Assembly (NCBI RefSeq): GCF_020745735.1
Contig: NC_083428.1
Span: 29,202,001 to 29,266,000 of the forward strand
Length of the DNA stretch: 64,000 nt
From: Hemiscyllium ocellatum
Lineage: Eukaryota
Reading direction: 5' to 3'
The notes beneath the pieces were generated by a model, which made no database searches, was not told where the DNA came from, and saw only the letters and a list, made by a program, of their open reading frames with translations. The translations under genes were made by a program, and so were the position numbers. This document shows, one piece after another, positions 1 to 12,620 of this stretch. Numbering within the stretch: the first letter of the stretch is position 1; every line of letters starts with the position of its first letter.

Positions 1-174
1 ACAAATGAATTAAAAAAAAACTTTATATATATGAAATATCCCAAAAAGTGGGTTTGTATTGCAAGTGCCCCTCAGGCAGATTTGGCTGAGGTGACTGAAG
101 GAGCACTGACAACTATCAATCACATAAAACATCACATACAATTTGCTTAGTTCCACGCAGCACAGCCCACCTAC

Positions 175-314
175 CTTTTCACATCTTTGCTTCCTGCCCA
201 GTATCCACCAATTGCTACTGTCCCGACTGCCATGACGAAGATAACCACCATGTTATAGTCCAGGAATGGTTCGTTTGGGGCGTACATTGCTACTTTGATT
301 GATTTTCCAAAGGT
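175..314 (-). CDS. SPPL2B: Signal peptide peptidase-like 2B, coding exon 5 (TFGKSIKVAMYAPNEPFLDYNMVVIFVMAVGTVAIGGYWAGSKDVK; first TM helix); gene continues beyond left edge
   Basis: Manual translation of minus strand; 140 nt, acceptor ttaacAG and donor GTaggt; frame continuous with exon 4; DYNMV..F.MAVGTVAIGGYWAGS motif of SPPL2B. Confidence 0.96.
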
Positions 315-493
315 CTGTTAAGAAAATAAAGCATTTTGTTACAACATAAATGTTGTTCATTTAGTTCTGCCAATTGGAATGTTACACATCAGACAATATT
401 GGCCGTGACAGGACTTAGTTACACACCATGTTAACAGAAGTGGTAAAAATTGAGACATTTTGTATATTAAGTTTTTGATACTGTTCTCATAAG

Positions 494-1270
494 ATGGTGT
501 TTAACAGGCGTTTGCTTTGCTTTCCTTTATTGGTCAGAGCATCGAGTATAGAGTTGGGTGGTCATGTTGCAGCTGTACAGGTCCCTGATGAGGTCACTTT
601 TGGAATACTGTGTGCAATTCTGGTCTCCCTCCTATAGGCAGAATGTTGTAAAACTTGAAAGGGTTCAGAAAAGATTTACAAGGAGGTTTCCAGGGTTGGA
701 GGGTTTTAGCTATAAGGAGAGGCTGAGGCTGTTTTCCCTGGAGCGTCAGAAGCTGAGGGGGGAACCTTATAAAATCATGAAGGGCGTGGATAGGGTAAAT
801 AGGCAAAGTCTTTTCTGATGAAGGGCTCTGGCCCGAAACGTCGAATTTCCTGTTCCTTGGGTGCTGCCTAACCTGCTGTGTTTTAACCAGCAACACATTT
901 TCAGCTCTGATCTCCAGCATCTGCAGACCTCACTTTTTACTCAAAGTCTTTTCTGAGTTGGGGAATCCAGAACTAGAGGGCATATTTTTAGGGTATGAGT
1001 GGAAAGATATAAAAGAGACTTATGGGGCAATGATTTTCATGCAAAGAGTGGTGCAGTGTATGGAATGAGCCGCCAGAGGAAGTGGTGGAGGCTGGTATAA
1101 TTGCAACATTTAAAAGGCATGTGGATGGGTATGTGAATAGGAAGGGTTGAGAGAGACATGGACCAAACGCTTGGCAAATGGGACTTGATTAATTTAGGAT
1201 ATCTGGTCAGCATGGACGAGTTGGATCAAAGCATCTGTTTCAATGCTGTACATCTCTGTGACTTTATGAC
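494..1270 (+). mobile_element. CR1 (HER1-like) LINE 3' fragment
   Basis: LEYCVQFWSP..LERVQKRFTR RT C-terminus; ctctgtgactttatgac tail. Confidence 0.9.
815..941 (+). mobile_element. Hammerhead-bearing PLE-derived mini-element (family A, long form) inserted in CR1
   Basis: 15-bp TSD caaagtcttttctga (804-818, 942-956); CTGATGA-A-GGGC-TCTG-GCCC-GAAA-CGTC at 815-842. Confidence 0.85.
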
Positions 1271-2706
1271 CTGTAAATGATCAGCACTGGGTTTGACAAT
1301 ATTGTGTCACTGGGGCCACCTTTGTGTATCACTGAATATCAGCCATCTCTTGACAAGCTTAATCCTCTGTTTTCATTTATTTGCATAAAGGGAAGCCATT
1401 GATATCAACAGATCCTACTATTGAAAGTTAGGATTCATCTACTAACACAATACAACTGAGATAAAATTAGCACTTAACTAACTGGCTGACAACAATCAAA
1501 CTGATCAAAACCAGCAAGCAAAAAGTACAACTAGAGATAGGGCTGAGATGCCCGAGCTGTACCACAGGATGATAACAGTAGCATGTGAGGGATGCTGCAT
1601 ACTGCCTGGATGGCCCTGTCCCACAGTGTACTTTACTGCACAGAAGGAAGCTCTATGGCCCAGTAGGTCCATGCCAGCTCTCTGTGGAGCACTTGATTGA
1701 GACATACCATAAAATGTTTTAATTATACCTTAAGTCAATGAATTTATTTGTTTTCTTAGTTTCATTTCAAGTAGAGTTTTTAGTCAATGCTTCAGATAGA
1801 TTAAACAAACTGTTTTACAGCCATCTCCAGAACCATTAGAAGAATAACCAAATCAACTAAATTAGACCAGACTAATCCAGCTGATCTCCAGAAGTCTACA
1901 TGACAAACCAACATATGAGCTGCTAATGTTACCAACAAGTTTTGACAGCCCTGTACAATCCCAGAATGTCTAGCTGGCAATTTTTTTCCTACTAGAGGAA
2001 AGACAGCAGCACAGCTGAGCTGGAATTCTTCTACAGAATTGGGAAACCTGTAGTTTATGATACATCGAATTACTCACAGATCTCAACCCATTCTCCTGCA
2101 CTTCGCAAGGACTCAAGCTGGTTCTATGTAAATTAATGCACCACATTAAAATAAACCAATGAGAATGCAGTATACTACACTTAAACATTAACCCACTGGA
2201 TGTGAAATGACACATGCCCACTACTGACCGTACAACCAATAGCAGCTTCTGGTACTGGCTAGGTACAGTTTTCTAGTGGACAAAGGAAAGGATCAATAAT
2301 TTTAGGGTAAGTGACCTTCACATTTCTCTACATTCAGACTGAGTGTTATCCTTTAATGTTCACTTCTTCATCATGGCTGTCTCCTTCCACTTTAAAATTC
2401 TCACTGAAGTTTTCAAATCTCTCCATGGTCTGAGCTCTCCGAATCTCTAATTTTCTCCAGCTCAATAATCCTCAGAAGCCCTGGTGCTCATCAATTTAGC
2501 CCCTAATCAGCATTTTCTTCTCAATAACGGTATCACTGCCTTCAGAAATCAAGGCCCTGAAGCTCTGGAATTCCTTCCATTAATCACTCCATTTCTCCTT
2601 GTTTTGTTGCCCTTTTTGTGATATTTCTTAACACTCTCTGACCAAGCTTTAAATCATTTGTCCTCTTATCTTCTTGCATAGCTCCTGTCAAATTGTGTTT
2701 GACCAT

Positions 2707-2927
2707 AAAGAAAGCTGCACTTCTGTAGCACTTCTCGTGACCGCTGGACATCTCAAAGGGTTTGAAGGATTTTTTGAGATACAGTCATTATTACCACAAT
2801 AGCCAATGTGTGCAGAGCAAAGTCTGGTAAAAGGCAATATGATAATGATCAGATATACTTCAATGTTGGTTATAATTAGTGGCCAAGATAGCAGGGATAG
2901 CTTCACTGCTGTACTACAAAATGGTAA
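2707..2927 (-). mobile_element. Ancient Deu-domain SINE (SacSINE1/AmnSINE-like) remnant
   Basis: Minus strand resembles the Deu domain and L2-like tail (tggccactaat...accaacat...tctgatcattatcatattgc...gcacacattggct); recognised from memory of the consensus. Confidence 0.55.
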
Positions 2928-3398
2928 AATATCCCCGAATTTTCATTCCTGAGTTGTGAATGCAAGTCTGTAAAATTTCCAGAGCCACAAACCTGATTAA
3001 TTGTCGACATGAATCAAGCAAACCATCTTGGTAAATAGTTCAGGGGCATCCACCAGCGCAGAAGCTGGTTGTTTGAAAGGTCAGCCTTGGTGCTCTGGAT
3101 CTTTGCCCCAGTTGTTAATGAAAATAATAGAACAAAATAAAAGCTATCAACTCTCTTCTTACATGCGTCATTCATACCAACCTACATCAACTCATGTTCT
3201 CGGTCACTCCCGCATACCACCTCACACTCTCCTACTTATATTCTTCAGTTGACCCCACATCCCTATACAACTCCTATGACAACTCACATTATCCAGTGCA
3301 ATCTTTTGTTCATACACCCTCCATTCCACCTCAATCAGTACGTAATATGGGCAGACCACAGCATATATGCATAGACATAACATAAAGGTCTGTGCATC

Positions 3399-5900
3399 TA
3401 GAACATAGAACATTACAGTGCAATACAAGTCCTTCAGCACTCGATGTTGTGCCAACCTGTGGAACCAATCTGAAGCCTATCCATCCTACACTATTCTATT
3501 TTCATCCATATGTTTATCCAATGACCATTTAAATGCCCTTAAAGGTGGCGAGTCTGCAGGCAGTGCATTCCCCAGCCCTACTACTCTCTGAGTAAAGAAA
3601 CTACCTCTAGAAATCCTATAGAATCCTACAGAAATCCTATATCACCTCTCAATTTATTGTTATGTCCCCTCATGTTAGCCATCACCAGCCAAGGAAAAAG
3701 GCTCTCACTGTCCATCCTATCTAATCCTCTGATTATCTTGTATGTCTCAATTAAGTCACCTTTCAACCTTCTCTTTAACGAAAACAGCCTCAAGTCCCTC
3801 AGCCTTTCCTCATAAGACCTTCCTTCCATACCAGGCAACATTCTAGTAAGTCGCCTCTGAATCCTTTCCAAAGCTTCCATATCCTTCCTATAATGTGGTG
3901 ACCAGAACTGTACGCAATACTCCAAGTGCAGCCGCACCAGAGTTTTGTACAACTGCAGCATGACCTCGTGGCTCCAAAATTCAATACGTCCACCAAGAAA
4001 AGCTAACACACCATATATCTTCTTAACAATGCTATCAACCTGGGTGGCAACTTTCAGAGATCTATGTACATGGAACTGAGACCTCTCTGCTCATCTACAT
4101 AAGCAAAAATTTTACCATTAGCCTAGTACTCCTTATTTCTGCAGTTCCATCCAAAGTGAATCACCTTACATTTTCCACATTAAACTCCATTTGCCAGCTC
4201 TCACCCCAGTTCTGCAGGTTATCTATGTCCCTCTGTAACCTCCACATCCTTCGGCACTATCCACAAATCCACCGACCTTAGGGTCATCCGTAAATTTACT
4301 AACCCATCCTTCTCTGCCCTCATCCAGGTCATTTATAAAGAAGCCAAACAGCAGTGATCCCAACTAGCAATACACCACTAGTAACTGAACTCCAGGATGA
4401 ACATTTCCCATTAACCACCACCCTCTGTCTTCTTTCAGCTAGCCAAATTACGATCCAAACAGTTAAATCACTCTCAGTCCAATGACTCTATATTTTGTAC
4501 AATAGCCTACTGTGGGGAACCTTATCAAACACCTTACTGAAATCCATATATACCACATCAACCACTTTACCCTCATCCACCTGTTTGGTCACCATCACAA
4601 AAAACCCAGTAACGTTTGTGAGGTACTACCTATCCTTTACAAAACCTTGTTGACTATTCCTAATCAACTTATTCCTCTCTAGATGATTATAAACCCTATG
4701 TCTTATAACTTTTTCCAACATATTACCCACAACCAAACTAAGGCTCACTGGTCTATAATTACCAGGGTTGTCTCTACTCCCCTTCTTGAACAAGGGGACA
4801 TTTGCTTTACTACAGTCTTCAGGCACTATTCCTGCAGATAATGGTGACATAAAGATCAAAGCCAAAGGCTCTGCATCTTCTCCATGGCTTTCCAGAGAAT
4901 CCAAAGATAAATCACATTCGGCCCACAGGACCTATCTATTTTCACACTTCCCAGAATTGCTAACAACTCCTCTTTGCACACGTCAGTCCAGTCTAGTCTA
5001 GTAGCCTGTACCTCAGTATTCTCCTTGATAACGTTGTCTTTTTGCAATGTGAATACTGACTAAAAATATTCATTTAGTGCTTTCCCTATCTCCTCAGACT
5101 CCGTGCACAACTTCCCACTACTATCCTTGATTGGCCCTCACCTTTCACTGGTCATTCTTTTATTCCTGATATACGTATAGAAAGCTTTAGGGTTTTCTTT
5201 GATCCTACTTGCCAACGATGTCTCATGTCCCTTCCTAGCTCTTAGCTCTCTCTTTAGGTCTTTCTTGGCTAACTTCTAACTCTCAAGCACCCTAACTGAG
5301 CCTTCATCTCTCATCCTAACATAAGCCTTCTTCTTCCTCTTGACAAGAGATTCAACTTCTTTATTAAACCATAGCTCCCTCGCTTGACCACTTCCTCCAT
5401 GTCTGACAGATACATATTTATCAAGGACAGGCAGTAGCTGTTCCTTGAATCAGCTCCACATTTCAATTGTGCCCATCCCCTGCAGTTTCCTTCCCCATCT
5501 TATGCATCCTAAATCTTGCCTAATCGCATCATAATTGCCTTTCCCCCAGCAATAACTCTTGCCCTGCGTTATTTACCTATCCCTTTGCATCACTAAAGTA
5601 AACACAACCAAATTGTGGTCACTATCATCCAAATCTAACACCTGACCAGGTTCATTACCCAGTACCAAATCCAATGTGGTCTCACACCTTGTTGGCTTGT
5701 CTACATACTGTGTCAGGAAACTATCCTGCATGCATTGGACAAAAACTGAGTCATCTAAAGTACTCGAACTATAGTATTTTCAGTCAATATTTCGAATGTT
5801 AAAGTGCCCCATAATAACTACCCTGTTACCCTCACTCCTATTCAGGACGATCTTTGCTATCCCTTCCTCTACATCTCTGGAGCTATTCAGAGGCCTATAG
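3399..5900 (-). mobile_element. CR1 LINE ORF2 fragment
   Basis: PLFKKGSRDNPGNYRPVSL and LEYCVQFWSPHYRKD motifs in minus ORFs. Confidence 0.9.
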
Positions 5901-6451
5901 AAATCTATTAATGACTTCATTAAATTTAAGAAAAAAAACCATTGATTTTTAATAAATCATTACCTTTAAATTCCTTTAATCCCTTATCAAAATAGTCCTG
6001 GACAAAAAGCATTACAATCCTTTAGAGCTCTGAATTAAACTGTGAACCAATAGGTATACCGTTATGATTTCAAAAGGTTGTGTCCCCAGGCTAATGTGGA
6101 GACTGAAGTAGTGAGTTGAAAAATGTAGTGCTGGAAAAACACAGCAGGCCAGGCAGCATCCGAATCGTGAAATAGTGAGCACTGATTGTTGTTTTGAACT
6201 TCAGGCTATTTTTCAAAGAAATGGAAAGGCCAGGAGATTTAAATATCATCAAATATTAACAATTCTCACGAGTTTCACAGTTCCAATGAGATTATACATG
6301 TTTTCTGCACGTTCATGTCTACTTTTAACAGTCCCAAAGGGTGGGAGGTCCTCACCGAAAAGTGTCTGAGGACATTTCCGAATAACTCTGGCAGTTTTAA
6401 ACTTTATCCTGAAAAGTGTAAAGCCCACAAGTCAAGTTTCAGACATCTCAC

Positions 6452-6661
6452 AAATGAAACAAAAACAAATTGCTGGAAAATCTCAGCAAACCTGGCAGCA
6501 GATCTAACAACCCGAATTAATGTTTCGGATCCACTGATCCTTCGTCTGGATCCGAAATGTTAACTGATTCCTGATGAAGGGCTTATGTCTGAAAGGCTAA
6601 TATTTCTGCTCCTCAGTTGCTGCCTGACCGGTTGTGTTTTTCCAGCACCACACTCTTGAAC
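6452..6661. mobile_element. Composite of an older PLE pLTR fragment (minus, GGATC/GATCC stem II) and a family-A mini-element (plus, 6567-6661)
   Basis: Minus ...GACGA-A-GGATC-AGTG-GATCC-GAAAC at ~6522-6546; plus ATTC-CTGATGA-AGGGC at 6567-6582. Confidence 0.65.
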
Positions 6662-7250
6662 CCCACTTGTAAAGTGCTGTGAGACTCTTTCCAACATGAA
6701 AGGCACAAAGTAAATGCAAGCTGGTGTCCTCACTAATCTTTTGTTTCCCTCGACTTCAGAATATTCGAAGGATAACTGCAACTAACATGGATAGGTGGGA
6801 GGGGATTACAGCCTCATTGCCTTTGAGTCAGAAAGGAACAATCAACCAAGTTTCCTGCTCCCAGTCACTATCCAGAGATCCTTGCTAGAAAGTGACTGAC
6901 TGGGAGTAGATGCTGCCTGAGGAGTGGTCACATGCAAGTTCAACACACTGCCAACACCATGGCATCACAGGTGGTGCAAACTAGTGCCATTGGTATAGAA
7001 GGAGCAGCAAAACAAAAAGACTGTAAAAACAGCTTAAAAAACATATTACTTCAAAACAAGTTATTCAGTATCAACCACGTTTGGGGATTGGGGATTGTGG
7101 ACTACCAGATTTCACGTGCTTCTTTCTTTTCCCTCACTCACTTCTACCGCTCTATTTAAGTGAAAGCTGCAGTGTTTGATCCACCCTGAACTGGAGTAAA
7201 TATCTCTAAAAGCACCCCACCCACGAACAGGGACACATGAGAAGCTTTAC

Positions 7251-7340
7251 CTTTGATATATCAAGCATGTCATCGTAACTGAGGAGCGCAACGGGAATAT
7301 CAATTTCCTCATACTGACTCCCGTTTCCACCTGGAGGCAC
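7251..7340 (-). CDS. SPPL2B: SPPL2B coding exon 4 (VPPGGNGSQYEEIDIPVALLSYDDMLDISK)
   Basis: 90 nt, AG/GT bounded, phase 0-0; end of PA domain (IPVALLSY.DMLDI). Confidence 0.96.
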
Positions 7341-9897
7341 CTGCGCAGCAAAACAGAAACAATCATACAGTCATCAAACACAGCAGTTTACATTGATGTG
7401 TCTTTAATCCCACTGTTTCATTATGCATTTATTGAACAGTTTTGAAGAATGTAAGAGGAGACAGTAAAAATCCTGAGGCAGTATCTGAATAAACAGTACA
7501 TGGTTTTTAATCTAAGGCCATCGTGTCATTTAAATTCACTAATAGGCAATGATAATCTGTGGGATAACAGAGAGACCATTTATTACATTTACAAGTGGAT
7601 TTCCTGTGGTACTGCTTATGAGGCTATTAAGAGAATAATTAGTGCTATTTCTAAAAGATATTGAGACTATTGAAAAATCCAATGACTGGAGTCACAAAAA
7701 GCAAAGTTATACAAGCAAGGTATCAAAACCCCTACAAGCAGACTTAGTGGGCTATTTTCAGCAGAGCAGGAAGTAACCTATTGTACTCAAGTAAGGAAGA
7801 ACATCAAACAACCAGAAAATCCTTGTGGGTTGAGGACCCAAAACAAAATAAGAAGAGAATGACAACCCTACCACAGACGCAAAAACAGAGGAATTAAATC
7901 AGAGATCACATTATTAGATTAGGAAGATCATCCAGATATAAGCCTTTGGATCAGGCTAGAAAACAAAGCAGGAAATAATGTTGAGGAGCCATGAGTCAGG
8001 AAATTAAGGAAAATTTCACCACAAGTAGTCAGGAAAAAACACTTAGAACTTGCCAGGTAAACAACTAAAAGTACTTACCTGAGAGAGGGGAAGAGCCTGA
8101 AAGGAAAGGGCAAGGCTGGGGCTAATAAACAGGAAACAGTAGGCCCCATTAAAACAGTGAATGATCTTAAATTAGGTAAGCATGGAACGAAGTGAACAAA
8201 TGATTGAAAACAGGAAAGAGCAAAAGTAAAGTCAAATTATATAAATAAGATCAACAGAAAAAAGTTTGTGAAAAAAACAAAATATCCCAAACAGCAGACA
8301 AAAAGGCAGACATGGCTGGGCTACAGAAATTGTAATTAGTTGACTGAACCACCTATTGTCCATAGCCTACAACTGCAGTGGTGAGAAAGCTGTTTACATT
8401 GACAATTTCAAGCCTAAGTGTTGACTCTTCAGAGCAACAGCAGAAAGTGGTTTAGTTGGACTGAAGCACAGGTACGTGCAAGAGTTTTAGTGAGCTTTAG
8501 GTAGCTTTCAATTAAACCCTTTTATACTGCAACCTTTGTCCCACATCTGGAGTATTCACCTGAAGGAAGGCACAGCTTCCAAAGTCTGGATGTTTAACAA
8601 CTCACACACTCTACAAATGAGTTACACCCCAAAAGGGAAACAATGATTATTGATTGGTCTCTACATGTTTAATGCATTGTAAGAATTATATTCTTCTTTG
8701 AAAATTGTATTTTGTTTGCAAATGACATATTATATATATTCATTAATACATTACTAATGTTTGGGGTTTTTTGATCAAAAATAAAAGTTGCAAATGATCA
8801 ATGCTCAGATGTTATAAATTCTGTAATGAAATATTTAAAATTCTGAGAAAATAATTCAACATCCATTAATTTTGAAGTAAACAACTGTAAGGTAGGTCAA
8901 TGCAATTTATACTCATGACCAATATTACCATTGCTACCAGGAAGACACAACAGCTTCCCTGGATAAAAGTACACCATAGAGCCTGTACAGAAAACAAAGA
9001 GCTTTAGTTTTCTGAGACAGATAGAGAATGGCATGTGACATTTCAGTAACATCCCTTACATTCACAGAGATCTGTACACACTTTAGGAGGTGGCAAGATG
9101 ATGGCTACAAAGCTTGATTGGTGAACCGTATGGAAGGTGCAGAAATGCTGAAAGCACAGATAAAAGGAAATGCTGGAAGCAAAGGATGCAGGAACAAGTG
9201 GGTAACTGAAAGTACACAGTCTGATAGTAGAGCAAAAGAAGTAGGAGTAAAGGTCCAGTATTCAGAAGAGGTCTGGGCATTATGCAGAGAGATTCAGTTG
9301 GTAGCGATCAACAAGGTTGGGATACAGCAATGGCCCACAAAGGATAAGGGCAAGAATCATTAAGTCAATATGGTGGGGCTCAAGAAAACACTCGTGCATA
9401 GAAAGCACAGCAACATCACAGAGAAAATTATTGCCAACCTGTCTATGGTACCATTGAAGTATCTTTCAAGATAGCTGAATTTAGTCACTATCATATTATG
9501 AATGTTGTCAAAAAAAAACTTAAGCCTGTTGTATTTAAGTCATGTACAGCAGATCAACATTTGGAGCAGGTAATACATCATACATCTCTATGACTTTATG
9601 ATAAGTCTGCTGAGAGTCTCAGCTTCACACTATGCCTGTTTGTGGGTCTCACTATATGAAACTGCTGCATAAATTACATAGGATATACATACAAAAAGTC
9701 ATTTAGCCTAACCTGTCCATGCTTCATCCACGTTTCATATTGTTAGAGTGAATTTTGCTAGACTTATATAACACAACAGCCAACAGGAATGGTAGCTACA
9801 TTCAGCCTCTAGTACAACCTTAGCTAACACTGGTGTAAAGTCACAAATATAGCCAAAACCAGCTAAACCAGAAAAAATTCTGTCCAATGTTTCTTAC

Positions 9898-10080
9898 CAG
9901 ACTCTGCCTGCTGACAATGAGCAACCCTTTGGCTCCATTGATCTGAGCAAGCCTTACTTTCTCATAGAATGTACAGTTCCCACGCATCACCATGGCAATT
10001 CTATTGCTAAATCCTTGTGAGGGCACATCTGAAGGTGTGCACAGGTCAGAGGATGTCAGGTCCTGGAGCTGCAAGAGAGA
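9898..10080 (-). CDS. SPPL2B: SPPL2B coding exon 3 (PA domain: SLLQLQDLTSSDLC...IAMVMRGNCTFYEKVRLAQINGAKGLLIVSRQSL)
   Basis: 183 nt, acceptor ctcttAG, donor GTaaga; RGNCTFYEK protease-associated domain motif, visible in ORF 9841..10074. Confidence 0.97.
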
Positions 10081-10519
10081 CTAAGAGGGAATAATATAAT
10101 TTTAGGTGTAGTTTAAATTGACTGGGTGAGATATTTTCATAATTACTTTGAGTAAATCAAAATTTTAGATGACAAAATGCATATAAACAAAACTTTCAGG
10201 TACAACTGGAACTTTGCAGTCTTTGAACTTAGTACTTAAATTAAATATTACGTATTTAAAAACACTGCCAATGTACACAATACAAAAAAGTGAAGCATAT
10301 AGACTAATTTCTCATGCTAAATGCAATAGAATCATAACATGTTACACTATGCATTGACAAAAAAAGTTTATAAAGGACAATCTCTGGCAATTGTGTCCTT
10401 CACTTTTTAAGGCAGTGACTCTTCGTCAGGGACATATTCCTATGGAAACTAGATACTATTGGCACTTTGCTCAAATAGTTGTTCTTCACATGTGAGCCTA
10501 CTAAACTGCTTTATTGTTT

Positions 10520-11330
10520 AATTTATTGTTATCAAATGTACCATGATACAGTGAAAAGTGTTGTTTTGTGTGCTTATACAGGCATATCATATAGAGTGCA
10601 TTAGGATAACAGAACAGAGTGCAGAACACAGTGTCACAGCTGCAGGGATATGAGAATTTATATTTCAGAGGTCCATCCAAAGTCTGATAACAGCGGGAAA
10701 GAAGCTGTACTTGAATCTGTTTATAAATATATTCAAATGTTTACATCTTCTGCCTGATGGAAGAGTGTGGAAGAGAGTATAACCAGGGTGGGAGGGGTCT
10801 TTGATTATGTCGGTTGCTTTCCTGAGGCAGTGGGAAGTATAGGTGGAGTCACTGGATGGAAGGCTGGTTTGCGTGATGGACTGGGCTATGTTCACGACTC
10901 TTTGCAGATTCTTGCAGTCTTCAAAGAGTTAATGCTATACCATGCTGTGATGCATCTAGATAGGATGCTTTCTATGGTGCATCTTTAAAAGTCTGCAAGA
11001 GTCCTTGGGGACATGCTGAATTTCCTTAGTCTCCTGAGAAAGTAGAGATGTTGTTGTGTTTTCTTGACTGTCACGTCAACGTTGATGGACCAGACAGATT
11101 GTTGTAAACATCACTCCCAAGAACTCGATGCTCTCAACCAACCTTCCTAAAATCAATGACTAGCTCCGTTTTTTTTTTACTGACATTGAGGGAGAGATGG
11201 TTGTCTTTACACCATGCAACTAGCACTCATTCTCTTTCCTGTATTGTGTCTCATCGTTGTTTGAGATCTGACCTACAACAGTGATATTGTCATCAAACTT
11301 GTAAATTGAGGTGGGGGTTGGAATTTGACC
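10520..11330 (-). mobile_element. Rex1/Babar-type LINE 3' fragment (second copy at ~52300-52645)
   Basis: CLRKA.DIIKDPSHPG..LF..LPSGRR..SFFPAVIRL C-terminal signature. Confidence 0.75.
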
Positions 11331-11619
11331 ACATAGTCAGAGCGTCTAAGGAAGCAATGAGTTTCACAAACAATTTCATTGTGGATATCACTGTAACTAA
11401 GTTTAATTCTAGTTTGATCCTGTCCCAACACAAGACCCCACATACTCTACTTCTGCCCAGAAGTTCACTAAATAATAAAGGACAAGGTTGGCTCATTTTC
11501 ACAAAATGCCAAAGTGAACTTAACACCTCAACGGTTGCTCCCACTGAAATTAGCTGACTCCACAATTTAGACTCTGATATTTTTCTGTCTGATTTATCAC
11601 ACTGTGCATCTGATATCTA

Positions 11620-12110
11620 GCATTGCAATGAAACTAAACAGAAAGAAGACTGAAGCCATGGTCTTTGTTCTCCACTATAAACAGCACTTCCAAACATTAT
11701 TTCATTCCCACTTCCTGGTTCCGCCAAGCTTAAGCCAGGTTTGGGTATTGTATTCAATCCTGGAATGAGCTTTCAAGTACATACCCCCTCTATCGCCAAG
11801 ACTACCCACTGCCATCTCAGCAACATCACCTGAATTTAACTCAGATTTAGTCATCTGCTGCTGGAGCTCTCATCCATGTCTTTGTTATTTCTGGATTTGA
11901 CTCTTCCTTGGCCTCCCATCTTCCACTGAACATAAGTTTACACTCATCCCAGAACTCTGTCACTGTATCTAAATTTACGTCAAGTTCCATTCACCCACTG
12001 CCCTGCTGCTTGCTTCCCAGTGTGTCAACACTAAGGAAAAAAAAATGCTGTACTTATTTTCAAATCCCTCTACGGTCATGCCTCTCCCCATCTCTGTAAC
12101 CTCTGTAAGC
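11620..12110 (+). mobile_element. L2 LINE 3' fragment (others at ~2340-2690, 20400-20960, 34215-36690, 40440-41170)
   Basis: KTEAMVF and LIHVFVISG.D decayed RT C-terminal motifs. Confidence 0.6.
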
Positions 12111-12323
12111 CACTACAGGGAACAAAGTGAATGAACTGTGGGTACACGTTACATTTGGAGATGTAGCGTGGTAGCAATTAGTGATTCATGGCTGCAAAAT
12201 AGTCTGGATTAGGAATTATAACCTGGGTATTTAATGTCTACGGAAATGATCGGCAAATACTAGAGGAGGAGGAGGAGTGCCTTAGAGATTATAGACAAAA
12301 TGGTTCAAATAATCAGAAAGCAT

Positions 12324-12620
12324 GGGCGGCACGGTGGCACAGTGGTTAGCACTGCTGCTTCACAGCGCCAGAGAACCGGGTTCAATTCCCGATTCAGACG
12401 ACTGACTGTGTGGAGTTTGCACATTCTCCCCGTGTCTGCGTGGGTTTCCTCCGGGTGCTCCGGTTTCCTCCCACAGTCCAAAGATGTGCTAAATTGCCCA
12501 TAGTGTTAGGTAAAGGGGTAAATGGAGGGGTATGGGTGGATAGCGCTTCTTCGGATTGGTGTGGACTTGTTGGGCCGAAGGGTCTGTTTCCACACTGTAA
12601 GTAATCTAATCTAATCTAAT
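12324..12620 (+). mobile_element. HE1-type tRNA-derived SINE (V-SINE)
   Basis: gggcggcacggtggcacagtggttagc head with A/B boxes, conserved tggagtttgcacattctcccc core, CR1-like tail ending in (atcta)n. Confidence 0.9.

Noticed and set aside
6100-6165. Additional hammerhead copy
   Set aside because: Family-A body fragment on the minus strand, truncated before the ribozyme core
6800-6910. LF-SINE assignment
   Set aside because: Does not match the LF-SINE consensus as I recall it; left as an unnamed old repeat
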